Shown piece after piece: positions 38,853-50,472 of a stretch of DNA of 64,000 nucleotides. The stretch spans positions 6,688,001 to 6,752,000 of the forward strand of contig CAWAIF010000003.1 of the NCBI GenBank assembly GCA_963782055.1, given 5' to 3'. The notes below the pieces were generated by a model. That model ran no database searches and was not told the origin of the DNA. It worked only from the letters and a program-made list of their open reading frames with translations. Every line of letters starts with the position of its first letter. Positions within the stretch are counted from its first letter, which is position 1. Made by a program: the position numbers and the translations under genes. This DNA comes from an uncultured delta proteobacterium. Its GTDB lineage: Bacteria; Myxococcota_A; Polyangia; Polyangiales; Polyangiaceae.

Positions 38853-39700
38853 ATGCCGCATCGACGGGTGGAAGCGCGACGCGCGCCTTCTTTCGACTGG
38901 AGATCGCCGACGCGCTCCGGTCGCGGTGGGTGGTCTTCACGGCCACGGTGTACGTGGTGGTGTTCGGCTCCTTCGTGTGGCTGGGCCTGCGGGAGTCCTC
39001 CGTCCTCGGGTTCACCGGCCTCTCGCGCGTGGTGCTCAACGTGTCCAACGCGGTGGTGATCGTGCTGCCGCTGGTCGCCCTCGTCGCCACCAGCCAGACG
39101 GTGGTTCGCGCCCGGACGACGGGCTTCTTCGAGCTGCTCCTGGCGCAGCCGTGCAGGCGAACCGACTGGTTCCGCGCGGTCGTCGCGTCGCGGCTGACCG
39201 TCATCATCGCGCCGCTCGTGCTCCTCTTGCTGGCGACGCTGGTGGCGGGCGCGTCCGCGCACGAGACCACCCTCGCGCCGCTGGTGGCGCGGAGCGTGCT
39301 CTGCATCGTCTCGCTGGTGTGGGCCTTCGTCGGCATCGGCCTGTGGCTTTCGTCGGTAGCGCGCACGTCGGAGCGCGCGACGGTCTACGCGCTCGTCACG
39401 TGGCTCGCGGCGAGCGCCCTGCACGATTTCGCGCTCATCGGCCTGCTGCTGAAGACGCGCCTCGCCCCGGCCGCCGTGTTCACCCTCGCCGCGCTGAACC
39501 CGGTCGAGTCGGCACGGCTGGCCATCCTGGGCGGCATCGACCCGGACCTCTCGGTGCTCGGGCCCGTCGGGTTCTGGCTCGCGAACACGCTCGGACCTCG
39601 CTGGACGCTGGTGATCGGGGTGGGCTGGCCGCTGCTGCTCGGGAGCGTGTGCGCCTGGCTCGCCGCGCGACGACTCGAGCGGTCGGACCTCGCGGGCTGA
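38849..39700 (+). CDS. nosY: ABC permease NosY
   Basis: ELLLAQP..R, LNP....R, multiple TM helices; operon position. Confidence 0.85.
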   Translation: MNAASTGGSATRAFFRLEIADALRSRWVVFTATVYVVVFGSFVWLGLRESSVLGFTGLSRVVLNVSNAVVIVLPLVALVATSQTVVRARTTGFFELLLAQPCRRTDWFRAVVASRLTVIIAPLVLLLLATLVAGASAHETTLAPLVARSVLCIVSLVWAFVGIGLWLSSVARTSERATVYALVTWLAASALHDFALIGLLLKTRLAPAAVFTLAALNPVESARLAILGGIDPDLSVLGPVGFWLANTLGPRWTLVIGVGWPLLLGSVCAWLAARRLERSDLAG

Positions 39701-39771
39701 CATCCGTCAGTGTCGGACGAGGGCGGCGACGCCACACTCTTCGACAGGAACGACAACGGAGGAACAGACTC

Positions 39772-40215
39772 ATGAATACAGCGGTCCGATACGTCGTCGC
39801 GTGCGTCGCAGCCGCCGCGCTGGTCGCCTGCAGTAAGTCCGAAGCCAGCTCGACTGGCTCCGGCGCAGGCGCCGTGGACACCTCCGGCACGGCCGCCGGC
39901 CTTCCGGCGGACACGGCGACCGCGGCCGCCGACCCCGCGGCGGCGCAGACGCTCTTCAACGCCCGCTGCGTCCCCTGCCACGGCTCGACGGGCCACGGCG
40001 ACGGCCCGGGCGCAGTGGCTCTCAACCCCAAGCCGCGCAACTACACCGACGTCGCCTGGCAGAACAAGGTCTCCGACGAGGACATCAAGAAGACCATCCT
40101 CTACGGCGGCGCCGCGGTCGGGAAGAGCCCCAACATGCCCGCCAACCCCGACCTGGACGGCAAGCCCGAGCTCGACGGCCTGGTGAAGATCGTCCGCGGC
40201 TTCAAGGGCAAGTGA
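39772..40215 (+). CDS. Monoheme c-type cytochrome lipoprotein
   Basis: GGAGG RBS, lipobox LVAC, CVPCH, G.GDGP...LNPKPR, distal MP. Confidence 0.9.
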   Translation: MNTAVRYVVACVAAAALVACSKSEASSTGSGAGAVDTSGTAAGLPADTATAAADPAAAQTLFNARCVPCHGSTGHGDGPGAVALNPKPRNYTDVAWQNKVSDEDIKKTILYGGAAVGKSPNMPANPDLDGKPELDGLVKIVRGFKGK

Positions 40216-40219
40216 GGCG

Positions 40220-40927
40220 CTAGCCGGCGTCGACCGACAGGGCCTCGGGCTGGTGGAGGATGAACCCCTCCCCCGTCGTGGAGAGCAGCCCCTCCTTCTG
40301 CCACCGGCTCATCATGCGGATGGTCGTCTCGATCGTCGCGCCGACCAGGCACGAGAGCTCCGCGCGCGAGAGGACCACCGGGATGATCACCGAGCCGTCC
40401 TCCAGCTCGTCGCCGAAGCGCTCAGCCAGGTGGCCGAGCAGGGTGGTGAGGCGCTTCTCCACCGGCCCTGCGGTCATGATGCGGATCTTCTCGCGCAGGG
40501 CGGTGGAGTGGTCGACCAGCGACCGGTTGATGGCGAGCGAGAGTTTGACGTCGCGCGACATCGCCGCGAGGACCGGCGTCTTCTCCACGCAGAGGAGCTC
40601 CACGACCTCGCTCGCCGCGAGGGCGTCGGCCGGGTAGGTCCCGTGCGAGATCACGGCGACGTCGCCCACGCTCTCGCGCGGGCCGAAGAGGCCCATGATG
40701 GCCGCGTCGCCCTCGGGCCGCGGCTGGCAGATCTTCACCAGGCCGGTGGCGATGATGGTGATGCAGGTCGCGGGCTGTCCGGCGCGCCAGATGACGCCCC
40801 CGCGCTCGAAGCGGCGGCGCACCGTGCTCCGCGCGAGCTCGGCGAGCAGCGACTCGTCCAGCCCTCCTAGGAGCCGAGACGCCCGGAGGCTGGCGTCGAT
40901 TCCAACTGGAGCTGGCGGTGCGTTCAT
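40220..40927 (-). CDS. Crp/Fnr family regulator (DNR/HcpR-like; no FNR Cys cluster)
   Basis: cNMP-like domain (G.VK, G..A), LSR.EL...VG.T.ETTIR HTH. Confidence 0.9.
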   Translation of the reverse strand: MNAPPAPVGIDASLRASRLLGGLDESLLAELARSTVRRRFERGGVIWRAGQPATCITIIATGLVKICQPRPEGDAAIMGLFGPRESVGDVAVISHGTYPADALAASEVVELLCVEKTPVLAAMSRDVKLSLAINRSLVDHSTALREKIRIMTAGPVEKRLTTLLGHLAERFGDELEDGSVIIPVVLSRAELSCLVGATIETTIRMMSRWQKEGLLSTTGEGFILHQPEALSVDAG

Positions 40928-40972
40928 GGCGAGCACGGTGCTAGCGCAAAGGGAACGCGGGCGCCATGGGCT

Positions 40973-41551
40973 TCAGCCGGCTGAGTCGTGGGGGATCACG
41001 CCGTCGAGGGCCGCGAAGACCTCCGGCGTGCGGCGCGCCCGCATCACGGCGAAGAGGCGCCTCCGCTCGGCGACGGGGATCTCCACCTCGACCACGGGAA
41101 AGAGGTCCTGCTCTTCCAGCGCAAGGTGGATGTCCAGCACCGCACCCAGGCGGCGCGAGGCGGCCAGCAGGTCGAGAGCTGCGATGCCCTCCGGCGCCTC
41201 CTGCAGGCGCTCCCACTCCGGGAGGAGCTCCTCGAGGACCTCGTGGACGAGCACGTGCTGGGCCGTCATGCGCTCCAGGGCCTCGGCCACCTGGGCACCA
41301 GCGCCCGTCGAGAGGAGGGCCGGAGCGAGGGACTGCTCCTCGTCCGCTTCGTGCAGGGGGAGCGCGACGCGGAAGTAGCGTACGAGCTGCGTGCTCGCGT
41401 CCCGCACCGGCTCCGCCCCCAGCCCCGACCCCGCGGCGAGGCTCAGCGCCAGGCCGGAGAAGTGACGCAGGCGGGCGTGGCACGCCATGAGGAGGTCGAC
41501 CGGCTCTTCGGTCGTCGGGGGACGGGGTCCGGTGCGTATGTGGTGGAGCAT
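40973..41551 (-). CDS. Hemerythrin-domain protein
   Basis: L.ACH.R, YF..A.PLH..DEE..L.P, QH, H..LEE..LFP. Confidence 0.85.
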   Translation of the reverse strand: MLHHIRTGPRPPTTEEPVDLLMACHARLRHFSGLALSLAAGSGLGAEPVRDASTQLVRYFRVALPLHEADEEQSLAPALLSTGAGAQVAEALERMTAQHVLVHEVLEELLPEWERLQEAPEGIAALDLLAASRRLGAVLDIHLALEEQDLFPVVEVEIPVAERRRLFAVMRARRTPEVFAALDGVIPHDSAG

Positions 41552-41607
41552 GGACTGTTCTGTGTGCCGGGCCGGCGTTCCCGTCCATGCCAAATGTCAT
41601 GAGCGCA

Positions 41608-42606
<999 letters not shown>

Positions 42607-42665
42607 GGCGTTCCAGTTTGGAACATAGGTCCGGCGCGTCCCGCGGACAAGCCGGCGGTGTGCGC

Positions 42666-42681
42666 TGGTACGGGGGCTGCA
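42666..42681 (+). promoter_or_regulatory. Candidate sigma54 promoter of the ric operon
   Basis: TGGTAC-GGGGG-CTGCA, upstream of the GGAGG RBS and ATG 42704, divergent from the activator. Confidence 0.6.
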
Positions 42682-42703
42682 GATGCCACGAGCGGAGGCA
42701 AGC

Positions 42704-43405
42704 ATGCCCGTCATCGACCGAACCGCCAGTGTCGCCCAGATCGCGCTCGATCATCCGCCGTGCGCGATCGTCTTCCGCAACCACCGCATCGACTTCTGCT
42801 GCCGGGGCGGGCTCACCGTCGAGGAGGCGTGCGCGGGCAAGGCCATCGACACCGAGGCCGTCTTCGTCGAGCTCGACCGGGCCGTCCAGGAGCGTGCCGC
42901 GCCGGCCTTCGACCCGCGAGGGCTCGCGACGCCCGAGCTCGTCGCGCACATCGTCGGGCGCCACCACGCGTACCTGCGCAAGGCCTTGCCCTTCGCCGAG
43001 CAGGTCGCGCGCAAGGTGGGCCGCGTGCACGGAGAGCACAACCCGAAGCTCCCGGCCCTGGCAGACCTCGTCGCCGAGCTGCGTGAGACGCTGGAGCCTC
43101 ACCTGGACCAGGAGGAGCGCGCGCTCTTCCCGGCGCTCACCGGCCAGGCGCCGGACCCGGCGCGCGTCGCCGGCGAGCTGCGCGCGATGCACGACGACCA
43201 CCTGCGCGTGGGCGAGATGCTCACCTGCATGCGCACGCTCGCGGACGACTACGCGTGTCCCGACTGGGCGTGCGGGAGCTACCGGGCGCTGATGAGCGAG
43301 CTCGAGGCCATCGAGCTGGACACGCTGCGGCACGTCCACCTCGAGAACCACGTGCTCATGCCTCGCTTCTCCACTCACACAGGCGAGGTCAACGCCAATG
43401 CCTAG
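42704..43405 (+). CDS. ric: Repair-of-iron-centres di-iron protein (RIC/YtfE/ScdA)
   Basis: IDFCC.G, HI...HH.YL, H...EE..LFP, H.HLEN.VL.P. Confidence 0.93.
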   Translation: MPVIDRTASVAQIALDHPPCAIVFRNHRIDFCCRGGLTVEEACAGKAIDTEAVFVELDRAVQERAAPAFDPRGLATPELVAHIVGRHHAYLRKALPFAEQVARKVGRVHGEHNPKLPALADLVAELRETLEPHLDQEERALFPALTGQAPDPARVAGELRAMHDDHLRVGEMLTCMRTLADDYACPDWACGSYRALMSELEAIELDTLRHVHLENHVLMPRFSTHTGEVNANA

Positions 43406-44549
43406 GTCGAAGGTCGCGGTCCTCAGGTGCAAGCCGGCGACGGTCCTCGCCGACATCGAGCGGCTCTGCGAGCTCGCGGGGATGAAGGAGGCCCTCGCGC
43501 CCGGCAACACGACCATCCTCAAGGACAACATCTCCTGGCACTACCCCTTCCCCGGCGCGAACACGACGCCCTGGCAGATGGAGGGGACCATCCTCGCGCT
43601 GAGGAACGCCGGGCTCGGCGACGTGACGTGCGTGCAGAACAAGACGGTGGTGACCAACGCCTTCAAGGGCGAGGACCTCAACCACTACGTGCCGCTCTTC
43701 GAGAAGCACGGCGTGCCGGTGCGCTACAACTTCAAGGAGACCGACATGACGTGGGTCGAGCACCGGCCCAGGGCGAAGATGCACGTCCTCGACCGCGTCT
43801 TCCCGGAGGGGATCCGCGTGCCCGACTACTTCTTCGGCAAGAACGTGGTGCACCTCCCGACGGTGAAGTGTCACATCTACACGACGACCACTGGCGCCAT
43901 GAAGAACGCCTTCGGCGGCCTGCTCGCGACCAAGCGCCACTACACCCACTCCTGGATCCATCGCACGCTGGTGGACCTGCTCGCCATCCAGAAGGAGATC
44001 CACACCGGCATCTTCGCGGTGATGGACGGCACGACGTGCGGCAACGGCCCGGGCCCGCGCACCATGATCCCGGTGGTGAAGGACTTCATGCTCGCGAGCG
44101 CCGACCAGGTCGCCATCGACGCCGTGGCCGCGAAGATGATGGGCTTCGACCCGATGAAGCTCGAGTACATCAAGGTCGCGCACGACGACGGGCTCGGCGT
44201 CGGCGACCCGCGCGACATCGAGATCGTCGGGGACGACGTGAGCGGCGAGAGCTGGGGATTCAGCGTCGGCGACAACCTGGCGAGCCACGCGGGCGACCTG
44301 CTGTGGTTCGGGCCGCTCAAGCGCATCCAGAAGCTCTTCTTCCACACGCCGCTCGTGAACGTCTTCATCTTCGGCAGCGAGGCCTACCACGACTACTACC
44401 GCTGGCCGCTGAAGGACCGGCGGACGTTCGAGACGTGGGCGCGCCAGACGAAGTGGGGCCGGCTGTTCCAGTCGTACGCCGGCGGGCCCACCTCGGGCGA
44501 GGCTGGCGTGCGCCTTGCACCGCAGGGAGACGCTGGAGGTGACGCATGA
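43398..44549 (+). CDS. DUF362 domain protein
   Basis: LK.N, NT.P, LPT.KCH..T..TGAMKN.FG, DG....G.GP, D.VA.D. Confidence 0.85.
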   Translation: MPRSKVAVLRCKPATVLADIERLCELAGMKEALAPGNTTILKDNISWHYPFPGANTTPWQMEGTILALRNAGLGDVTCVQNKTVVTNAFKGEDLNHYVPLFEKHGVPVRYNFKETDMTWVEHRPRAKMHVLDRVFPEGIRVPDYFFGKNVVHLPTVKCHIYTTTTGAMKNAFGGLLATKRHYTHSWIHRTLVDLLAIQKEIHTGIFAVMDGTTCGNGPGPRTMIPVVKDFMLASADQVAIDAVAAKMMGFDPMKLEYIKVAHDDGLGVGDPRDIEIVGDDVSGESWGFSVGDNLASHAGDLLWFGPLKRIQKLFFHTPLVNVFIFGSEAYHDYYRWPLKDRRTFETWARQTKWGRLFQSYAGGPTSGEAGVRLAPQGDAGGDA

Positions 44550-44941
44550 TCCGGCTCAAGCGCGCGTACGAACCGGCCGACCAGGGCGACGGGCACCGCG
44601 TCCTCGTGGAGCGGCTGTGGCCGCGCGGCCTGCGCAAGGAGCAGGCGCACTTTGACGAGTGGCTCAAGGGGATCGCCCCGAGCGACGCGCTCCGCAAGTG
44701 GTTCCATCAAGACGCGGACAGGTGGTCGGAGTTCCGGCGGCGCTACGTGCGCGAGCTCCACGCGGAGCCGGCGAAGCCGGTGCTGGAGCAACTCGCCCGC
44801 CGCGCGAAGCGGGAGCCGGTCACCCTCGTCTACGGGGCGCACGACACCGAGCACAACAGCGCCGTGGTCCTGGCAAAGGAGCTCGAGCGCCGCGGGGCAC
44901 GGGTGATGCATCGCCCCCACGCACAGCAGGAGGCACCATGA
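44546..44941 (+). CDS. DUF488 (YeaO-like) protein
   Basis: KRAYEP....DG.RVLV.RLWPRG..K, APS..LRKWF, TLVY.A.D..HN.A. Confidence 0.9.
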   Translation: MIRLKRAYEPADQGDGHRVLVERLWPRGLRKEQAHFDEWLKGIAPSDALRKWFHQDADRWSEFRRRYVRELHAEPAKPVLEQLARRAKREPVTLVYGAHDTEHNSAVVLAKELERRGARVMHRPHAQQEAP

Positions 44942-45141
44942 CACGTCCCGCCGAACCCGAGCGCCACGACCCGCGCGTGGGCACCAGCAACCCGCACGCG
45001 TCGCTGTGGCAGGTCGACGAACCGTACCTGGGACCGCCGGAAGCAGGTCAGCCCCGTGCCGGGAGCGCCGGACGACCGGTCGCGCGGCGGGGCGAGGCGG
45101 CCACGCCGGACCTGCAGCGAGCCCCGCCCGCGGCCGCTTGA
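44938..45141 (+). CDS. Small hypothetical protein
   Basis: AGGAGG RBS and ATGA coupling to the DUF488 gene; no recognisable motif. Confidence 0.45.
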   Translation: MTRPAEPERHDPRVGTSNPHASLWQVDEPYLGPPEAGQPRAGSAGRPVARRGEAATPDLQRAPPAAA

Positions 45142-45156
45142 CGCGTACGCCTCGCG

Positions 45157-45381
45157 TCACCGCCGCATGCGCCTGTCGAAGCCGCGCACATAGAGCAGCA
45201 GCGCTCCGCCGAGGGCGAAGAGCACGACCGATGCGCCGGCCCCGGCGACGGCCACCCCGGTGTCGCCTCTCAGCACGGCGTCCAGCGAGGCCGCGAGCAG
45301 CCAGAGCTGGACGACGACCAGCGTGGCGACGAGGGCGAAGATCGCGGTGAAGAGCTGCTGACCCTGCGTGCGGTAGCTCAT
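45157..45381 (-). CDS. Small two-TM membrane protein (DUF6755-like)
   Basis: LVVVQLWLL.A......G....A..AS; last gene of the molybdoenzyme operon. Confidence 0.7.
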   Translation of the reverse strand: MSYRTQGQQLFTAIFALVATLVVVQLWLLAASLDAVLRGDTGVAVAGAGASVVLFALGGALLLYVRGFDRRMRR

Positions 45382-45384
45382 CGG

Positions 45385-45888
45385 TCAGCTCGCGATGCCG
45401 GTGGCGAAGACGTCGTCGCCACGCACGTCCAGCATCACCTGAGGCAGCGGCCGCTCCGGAGGGCCCTCGATGGGTCGCGCGCCGCCGGGCCCGCACTCGA
45501 ACAGGCCCTCGTGGCACGGGCAGAAGAGGTGGTCGTCCGACGCCCGGTAGACGACCGCGCAGGAGAGGTGCGTGCACACGGCAGAGAAGGCGACGAGGAC
45601 GCCCTCGCGCGTGCGCACCAGGATGCACGGGTCCTTGTCGGTCGGGTAGCGGAAGAGGAGCGACTCGGCCGGCGCGAGCGCGGAGGCCGAGGCGATGCGC
45701 TTCTCGCCGTAGCTCTGGTGCGTGCGGAGCCGCCCGGCGATCGCGACGGCCACGTTGGCGCCCGCGACGAGCGCCGAGCCGAGCACCAGGAACTTGGTGA
45801 GCTCGCGCCGCGTGACGTAGTGGTCCTGGTCCCACTCGACGGGGAAGTCCCCGCGCCATCGGGGCAACGACTTCTTCTCGTCAGCCAT
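45385..45888 (-). CDS. Rieske [2Fe-2S] protein with a twin-Arg/TM N-terminus
   Basis: CTHLSC and CPCH boxes, GPP.RPL; TRRE followed by a hydrophobic helix. Confidence 0.92.
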   Translation of the reverse strand: MADEKKSLPRWRGDFPVEWDQDHYVTRRELTKFLVLGSALVAGANVAVAIAGRLRTHQSYGEKRIASASALAPAESLLFRYPTDKDPCILVRTREGVLVAFSAVCTHLSCAVVYRASDDHLFCPCHEGLFECGPGGARPIEGPPERPLPQVMLDVRGDDVFATGIAS

Positions 45889-46519
45889 GGCTCTCCTCCA
45901 GCAGCGCGGCGACGTCGGTCGGGTCGGGCGCGAGGGCGATGGGCTCGCCGGTCTTCTTCTTGAGCCCCAGGAGCTTCACCTCCACGCGCTCGGTCCGGGC
46001 CGGCACCATCACGTGCACCTTGGTGCGCACCGTCTCGTCGCCGAAGCGCCACTCGTTGACGGCCACGCCCGTGCGTGTCCGCTCCATCTCCTCGCGCGTC
46101 ATGAAGCTCAGCGCCTGCGACGGGCACACGGTCGCGCACATCGGGCGCTTGCCCACGCTGGTGCGGTCGTAGCAGTAGTCGCACTTCATCATCTGGTCGA
46201 AGTCGGCCACGTACTTCGGCACGCCGAAGGGGCACGACAGCACGCAGTTGGAGCAGCCGATGCAGCGCGGCTTGAGCGACGACTGCGTCACGAGATCGGG
46301 CGTCTGCTTGATGGCGTCGGCGGGGCAGACGCGCGCGCAGATGGGGTCCTCGCAGTGCATGCACACCTGCGGCGCCGTCTGGACGGTGTCCCTGCGGTCG
46401 ATGGTCTCCAGGTGGATCATGGACCGGCCGCGGTGGGTGTCGCACTCCTCGCACGCCTGCACGCAGGCCTTGCAGCCGATGCAGCGCGAGTAGTCGATGA
46501 AGAAGACCAGCTCGCTCAT
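45881..46519 (-). CDS. 4x[4Fe-4S] electron-transfer subunit (DmsB/NrfC-like)
   Basis: [38 protein letters not shown]...C..VC. Confidence 0.92.
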   Translation of the reverse strand: MSELVFFIDYSRCIGCKACVQACEECDTHRGRSMIHLETIDRRDTVQTAPQVCMHCEDPICARVCPADAIKQTPDLVTQSSLKPRCIGCSNCVLSCPFGVPKYVADFDQMMKCDYCYDRTSVGKRPMCATVCPSQALSFMTREEMERTRTGVAVNEWRFGDETVRTKVHVMVPARTERVEVKLLGLKKKTGEPIALAPDPTDVAALLEESHG

Positions 46520-48737
46520 CCGATCCCCCCGCCTGCGGCTCGAGGTGCGCGTCGGCGTCGTCGGGCGCTTCCACGCGCGTGACGCGGACCGCGCAGATCT
46601 TGAACTCGGGGATCTTCGACACCGGGTCGATCGCCCGGATGGTGCAGTTGTTGGCCGCGCGCTCGAGCGGCCAGTGGTAGGGGATGAAGACGTGGTCGGG
46701 GCGGATCGTCTTGACAATCATCGCGCGCACCGTCGCCACGCCACGCCGGCTCTCCACCCGCACGAAGTCGCCCTCTCCGACGCCCAGGTCGGCCGCCATG
46801 CGCGGGTGCATCTCGCAGTAGGCGGAGGGGTTCTGGCTCACCAGCGCCCCGATGCGCCGCGTCTGGGTGCCCGACAGGTACTGCGACACGACGCGCCCCG
46901 TCGTCAGCGTGATGGGGTACTCCGCGTCGGGCTCCTCCGCCGCCGGGCGCCACTCCACCGGCTGGAAGTGGGCGCGGCCGTCGGGGTGCGCGAACCTGGC
47001 GCCCTCGTAGAGGCGCGGCGTGCCCGGGTGATCGAGCGAGGGGCAAGGCCAGAAGACGCCCATCTGCGCGTCGATCTTCTCGTAGGTGATGCCGTAGTAG
47101 TCCGACGCGCCGCCCCTGGACGCGACCCGCAGCTCCTCGAAGATCGCCCGTGGCGAGTCGAACCCGAACTTGTCGGCGACGCCCAGACGGGCGGCCAGAT
47201 CGCAGATGATCTTCCAGTCCACCCGAGCGTTGCCGGGCGGGTCGACGGCCTTCTGGTGGTGGACGACGCGCCCCTCGACGGTCGTCGTGGTGCCCTCGTC
47301 CTCTTCCATGAGCGAGCCGGGCAGGACCACGTCGGCGTGCCGGAGGGTCTCGGAGAGGAAGAAATCGATGCCCGCGAAGTACTCGAGCTTCTCCAGCGCC
47401 TCGCGGACGAAGTTCTGGTCAGGCAGCGAGACCATCGGGTTGAAGCAGATGAGCAGCAGACCCTTGATACGGCCGTCGTGGATCGCCTCGAGCAGCGGGA
47501 CGGCGCTCAGGCCCTTGTGAGGGATGGACTCCTCCGGCACGCCCCACACATCGGCGATGTAGCGGCGGTGCTCGGGGTTGTCGATGTCACGCTGCCCGGG
47601 GAGCTGCTCCGCCTTCTGCCCCTGCTCGCGCGCGCCCTGCCCGTTGCCCTGGCCGGTGATCATCGCGTAGCCGCAACCCTCGCGGCCGATGCGACCGGTG
47701 GCGACGACGAGGTTGAGCGCGGCCATGCAGTTGTCCACGCCCTTGGTGTGGTGCTCGATGCCGCGCGCGTGCAGGAGGAAGCTCGTCTTCGCCGGCCCCC
47801 AGAGCTCGGCGGCGCGCACGATCATCGACGCCGGCACGCCGGCGATCTTCGCCGAGTACTCGGGCGTGTACTTCTTCACGACCTCCTCCACCTGGTCGAA
47901 GCCGGTGGTGTGCTCCCGGATGAAGTCGCGATCGACCCAGCCGCGCTCGAGCATCACGTGCAGCATGCCGTTGAACACGGCGATGTCGCCGCCGGACCGG
48001 ACCGGAATGTACAGGTCCACGGTGCGCGCGATGGGCGTCATGCGCGGGTCGAGCACGATGATCCTGGCGCCCTTCTCCCGCGCGGACCACAGGTACTCGG
48101 TGGTGATGGGCGCGCACTCGGCGACGTTGGCGCCGGCGATCAGGATCACCTCCGCCTCGCGGATGTCGCTCCAGGGGTTGGCCGCGCGGTCGATGCCGAG
48201 GACCTTCTTCGAGGCGGCGGCCGCCGAGACCATGCAGAGGCGGCCGTTGTAGTCGATGTTGGCGGTGCGCACGGCGACGCGCGCGAACTTGCCCATCAGG
48301 TACGCCTTCTCGTTGGTGAGGGAGGCGCCGGTCAGGATGGCGAAGCTGTCCGGGCCGTGCTTCTCCTGGATGGACCGGATCGCGTTCGCGGTGCGGTCGA
48401 GCGCGGTCTCCCATTCCAGGGGACGGAAGCCGACGCCCTCCACGCGCTCGAGTGGCTCGAGCAGACGGTCGGGGTGATCGCCCTGCATGTAGCGCTTCAC
48501 GCCCTTCGGGCACAGCTTCCCACGGTTGAAGGGGAACTCCTCCCACGGCTCGAACCCGACGACCTTCTCGTGCTTGACCTTGAGCTGGATGCCGCACTGT
48601 TGCCCGCAGAAGCAGCAGTGGGTCTTCACCAGGCGGTCGGCGTCTCCCACCGGCGTCCACCCACCGGCAGGGACCGTGTGCAGGTGCGGGCCCCAGCGAT
48701 CGACGAGCTCGGCAACGGGTACGGGCAGCTTGGCCAT
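46516..48737 (-). CDS. Cytoplasmic bis-MGD molybdopterin oxidoreductase of the Nas/Nap/Fdh family (nitrate-reductase-like); expected stop is out of frame by 1 nt
   Basis: HCCFCGQQC...LCPKG Fe-S motif, [34 protein letters not shown]; no Tat signal; as sequenced the frame runs on to 45435. Confidence 0.88.
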
Positions 48738-48741
48738 GGTG

Positions 48742-49797
48742 TCATCTCCTCGCCGCGGCGCGGGAGTCGCGCCACAGCCGGTCCTGCGTGACGGCCAGCG
48801 ACTTGCGCCGGCACGCCGGGCAGACGTCCTGGTAGTGCCCCGCGGCGGTCGCGTAGGCGATGCCGAGGGACGCCTGGACGTTCTTCAGGTCGGCGACGTG
48901 AAGGGACGTCGCGAAGGGTTCGCCGCAGCTCGCGCAGGCGGCCGGGCCTCGGGCGGCGCCGGCTTCCTTGTAGAACTTGATGCTGAGCTGCGCCGGACGC
49001 TGGAAGACGTGAAAGAACTTGCCGAAGGGCAGGTAGAGCAGCGTGAAGATCACCGTCACGGCGTGGAGCTCGGAGAGGAAGCCGTAGTGCAGCCCCTTCA
49101 TCAGGTGCGTGGAGACGGTGAGGAAGATCCCGGTCATCGAGACCGCGAACAGGAGGAGCAGGGGCAAGAGGTCGTTCGCGAACTGCTGTACCGCGAGCGC
49201 CCCCCGGTCACGGCCGCGCCGGTAGAGCGCGATGGCGATGCCGGCCAGGACCATCGCCGCGGCGACGTCGAGCACGTTGAAGACCAGCGGCGCGACGGGG
49301 CTGGAGAGCGGGAAGGAGAAGACCTTCACGCCGAAGACGAAGGCCTGGTAGACGTCTGGCGCACCCGGGGCGCTCTCGAAGCGGATCCACCCCCACGACA
49401 GCGGGAAGGTCACCGCCGCGGCGAGCAGGCAGCCCCACGCGATGAACAGGTGCGCGAACCAGCGCGCGTGCGAGCGCCGCTCGATGAAGCGCTGCGCGAC
49501 GATGTTGTCCCAGAAGAGGCCCGGCAGCTTCGCGAGGTTGCGCGGCAGCCGCGACGGCGAGAGGAAGGTCTGCCATCCGCGCCGCCAGTACATGCGCGTC
49601 GGCGGGCGGCTCAGCCACATCGCATACCGGTAGCCCAGGCCGAACGCGCAGAACACCGACGCGCCGGCGTAGGCGACGAGCGCCGCGTCGAAGTCGCGCA
49701 GCTCACGGCTGCCGAAGTAGATACCGACCACGACGACGGCGGCGGCGATCAGCCCCCCCATCCACGCGCCGCGGGCGCTCGTTTCCCGCTCGCTCAT
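48742..49797 (-). CDS. Polytopic membrane subunit, NarI/DsrM-like cytochrome b fold, with C-terminal CxxC...CxxC
   Basis: RW..H..I.WG, LH...V, PFGKFFH potential heme ligands; CASC/CPAC; ATGA coupling. Confidence 0.72.
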   Translation of the reverse strand: MSERETSARGAWMGGLIAAAVVVVGIYFGSRELRDFDAALVAYAGASVFCAFGLGYRYAMWLSRPPTRMYWRRGWQTFLSPSRLPRNLAKLPGLFWDNIVAQRFIERRSHARWFAHLFIAWGCLLAAAVTFPLSWGWIRFESAPGAPDVYQAFVFGVKVFSFPLSSPVAPLVFNVLDVAAAMVLAGIAIALYRRGRDRGALAVQQFANDLLPLLLLFAVSMTGIFLTVSTHLMKGLHYGFLSELHAVTVIFTLLYLPFGKFFHVFQRPAQLSIKFYKEAGAARGPAACASCGEPFATSLHVADLKNVQASLGIAYATAAGHYQDVCPACRRKSLAVTQDRLWRDSRAAARR

Positions 49798-50438
49798 GGC
49801 GGTCCCGACCTGGGCGTGGAGTCGAGGACGGTGCGGCGAGCCCAGAGGGGGTAGTCGAGCCCGGCGAGACGGTTGATCGCGATGGCCTGCAGCGTGAGGA
49901 CCGCGACCGCCACCTCGATCAGGAGGAGGTGTAGGGGCCGCGTGACGATCCCCAGCGACACGATCAGCGTGGTCGCGCCCGCGGGCGGGTGCGCAGCCTT
50001 GAACAGGATCATCAGGGCCCCGGTCGCGGCGAGGGACAGCGCAGCAGCCAGGACACGTGGGCCATCGACGCCGGTGGCGATGGCCGGCGGCGCGTGCGAG
50101 AGCCCGCACAGGAGAAGCGCGCCGTAGCCGCAGAGAATGCCGATGGCGTGCCCGAGCATCGTGTGGCGCGGGCTCGCCGTTGGGGAGGTGGGCGTGAAGA
50201 AGAAGAGAAACGCGGTGGGACCGAGCGACGGGAACACGAAGGGGGTGCCGCTCACCATCGCCACGGCTGCCAGAAGGGCGATGGAGACGAACCCGTTCAC
50301 GAACATGAAGGCGGCCCACACCGGTCGCTCCGGGAAGCGGCCGAGCAGGCGCGTGAGCCGGAGCCGCTGGACGAGGCCGCGCGTGACCTGCGGATGCAGC
50401 AGGTCCAGCTCTGAGGTGCGACGTTCGGTCTCCGGCAT
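49794..50438 (-). CDS. HPP family membrane protein
   Basis: FPSLGPTA.L, A.PR....GH, HPPAGAT.L. Confidence 0.9.
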   Translation of the reverse strand: MPETERRTSELDLLHPQVTRGLVQRLRLTRLLGRFPERPVWAAFMFVNGFVSIALLAAVAMVSGTPFVFPSLGPTAFLFFFTPTSPTASPRHTMLGHAIGILCGYGALLLCGLSHAPPAIATGVDGPRVLAAALSLAATGALMILFKAAHPPAGATTLIVSLGIVTRPLHLLLIEVAVAVLTLQAIAINRLAGLDYPLWARRTVLDSTPRSGPP

Positions 50439-50472
50439 TTCCGCGCTCGAGCCCGCGTGGTTGCGAGCCACG

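Noticed and set aside
45435..48737. 1100-aa molybdoenzyme fusion protein from the ORF track
   Set aside because: The last ~360 aa are an Arg/Gly-rich off-frame reading of the 4Fe-4S and Rieske genes; better explained by a 1-nt indel
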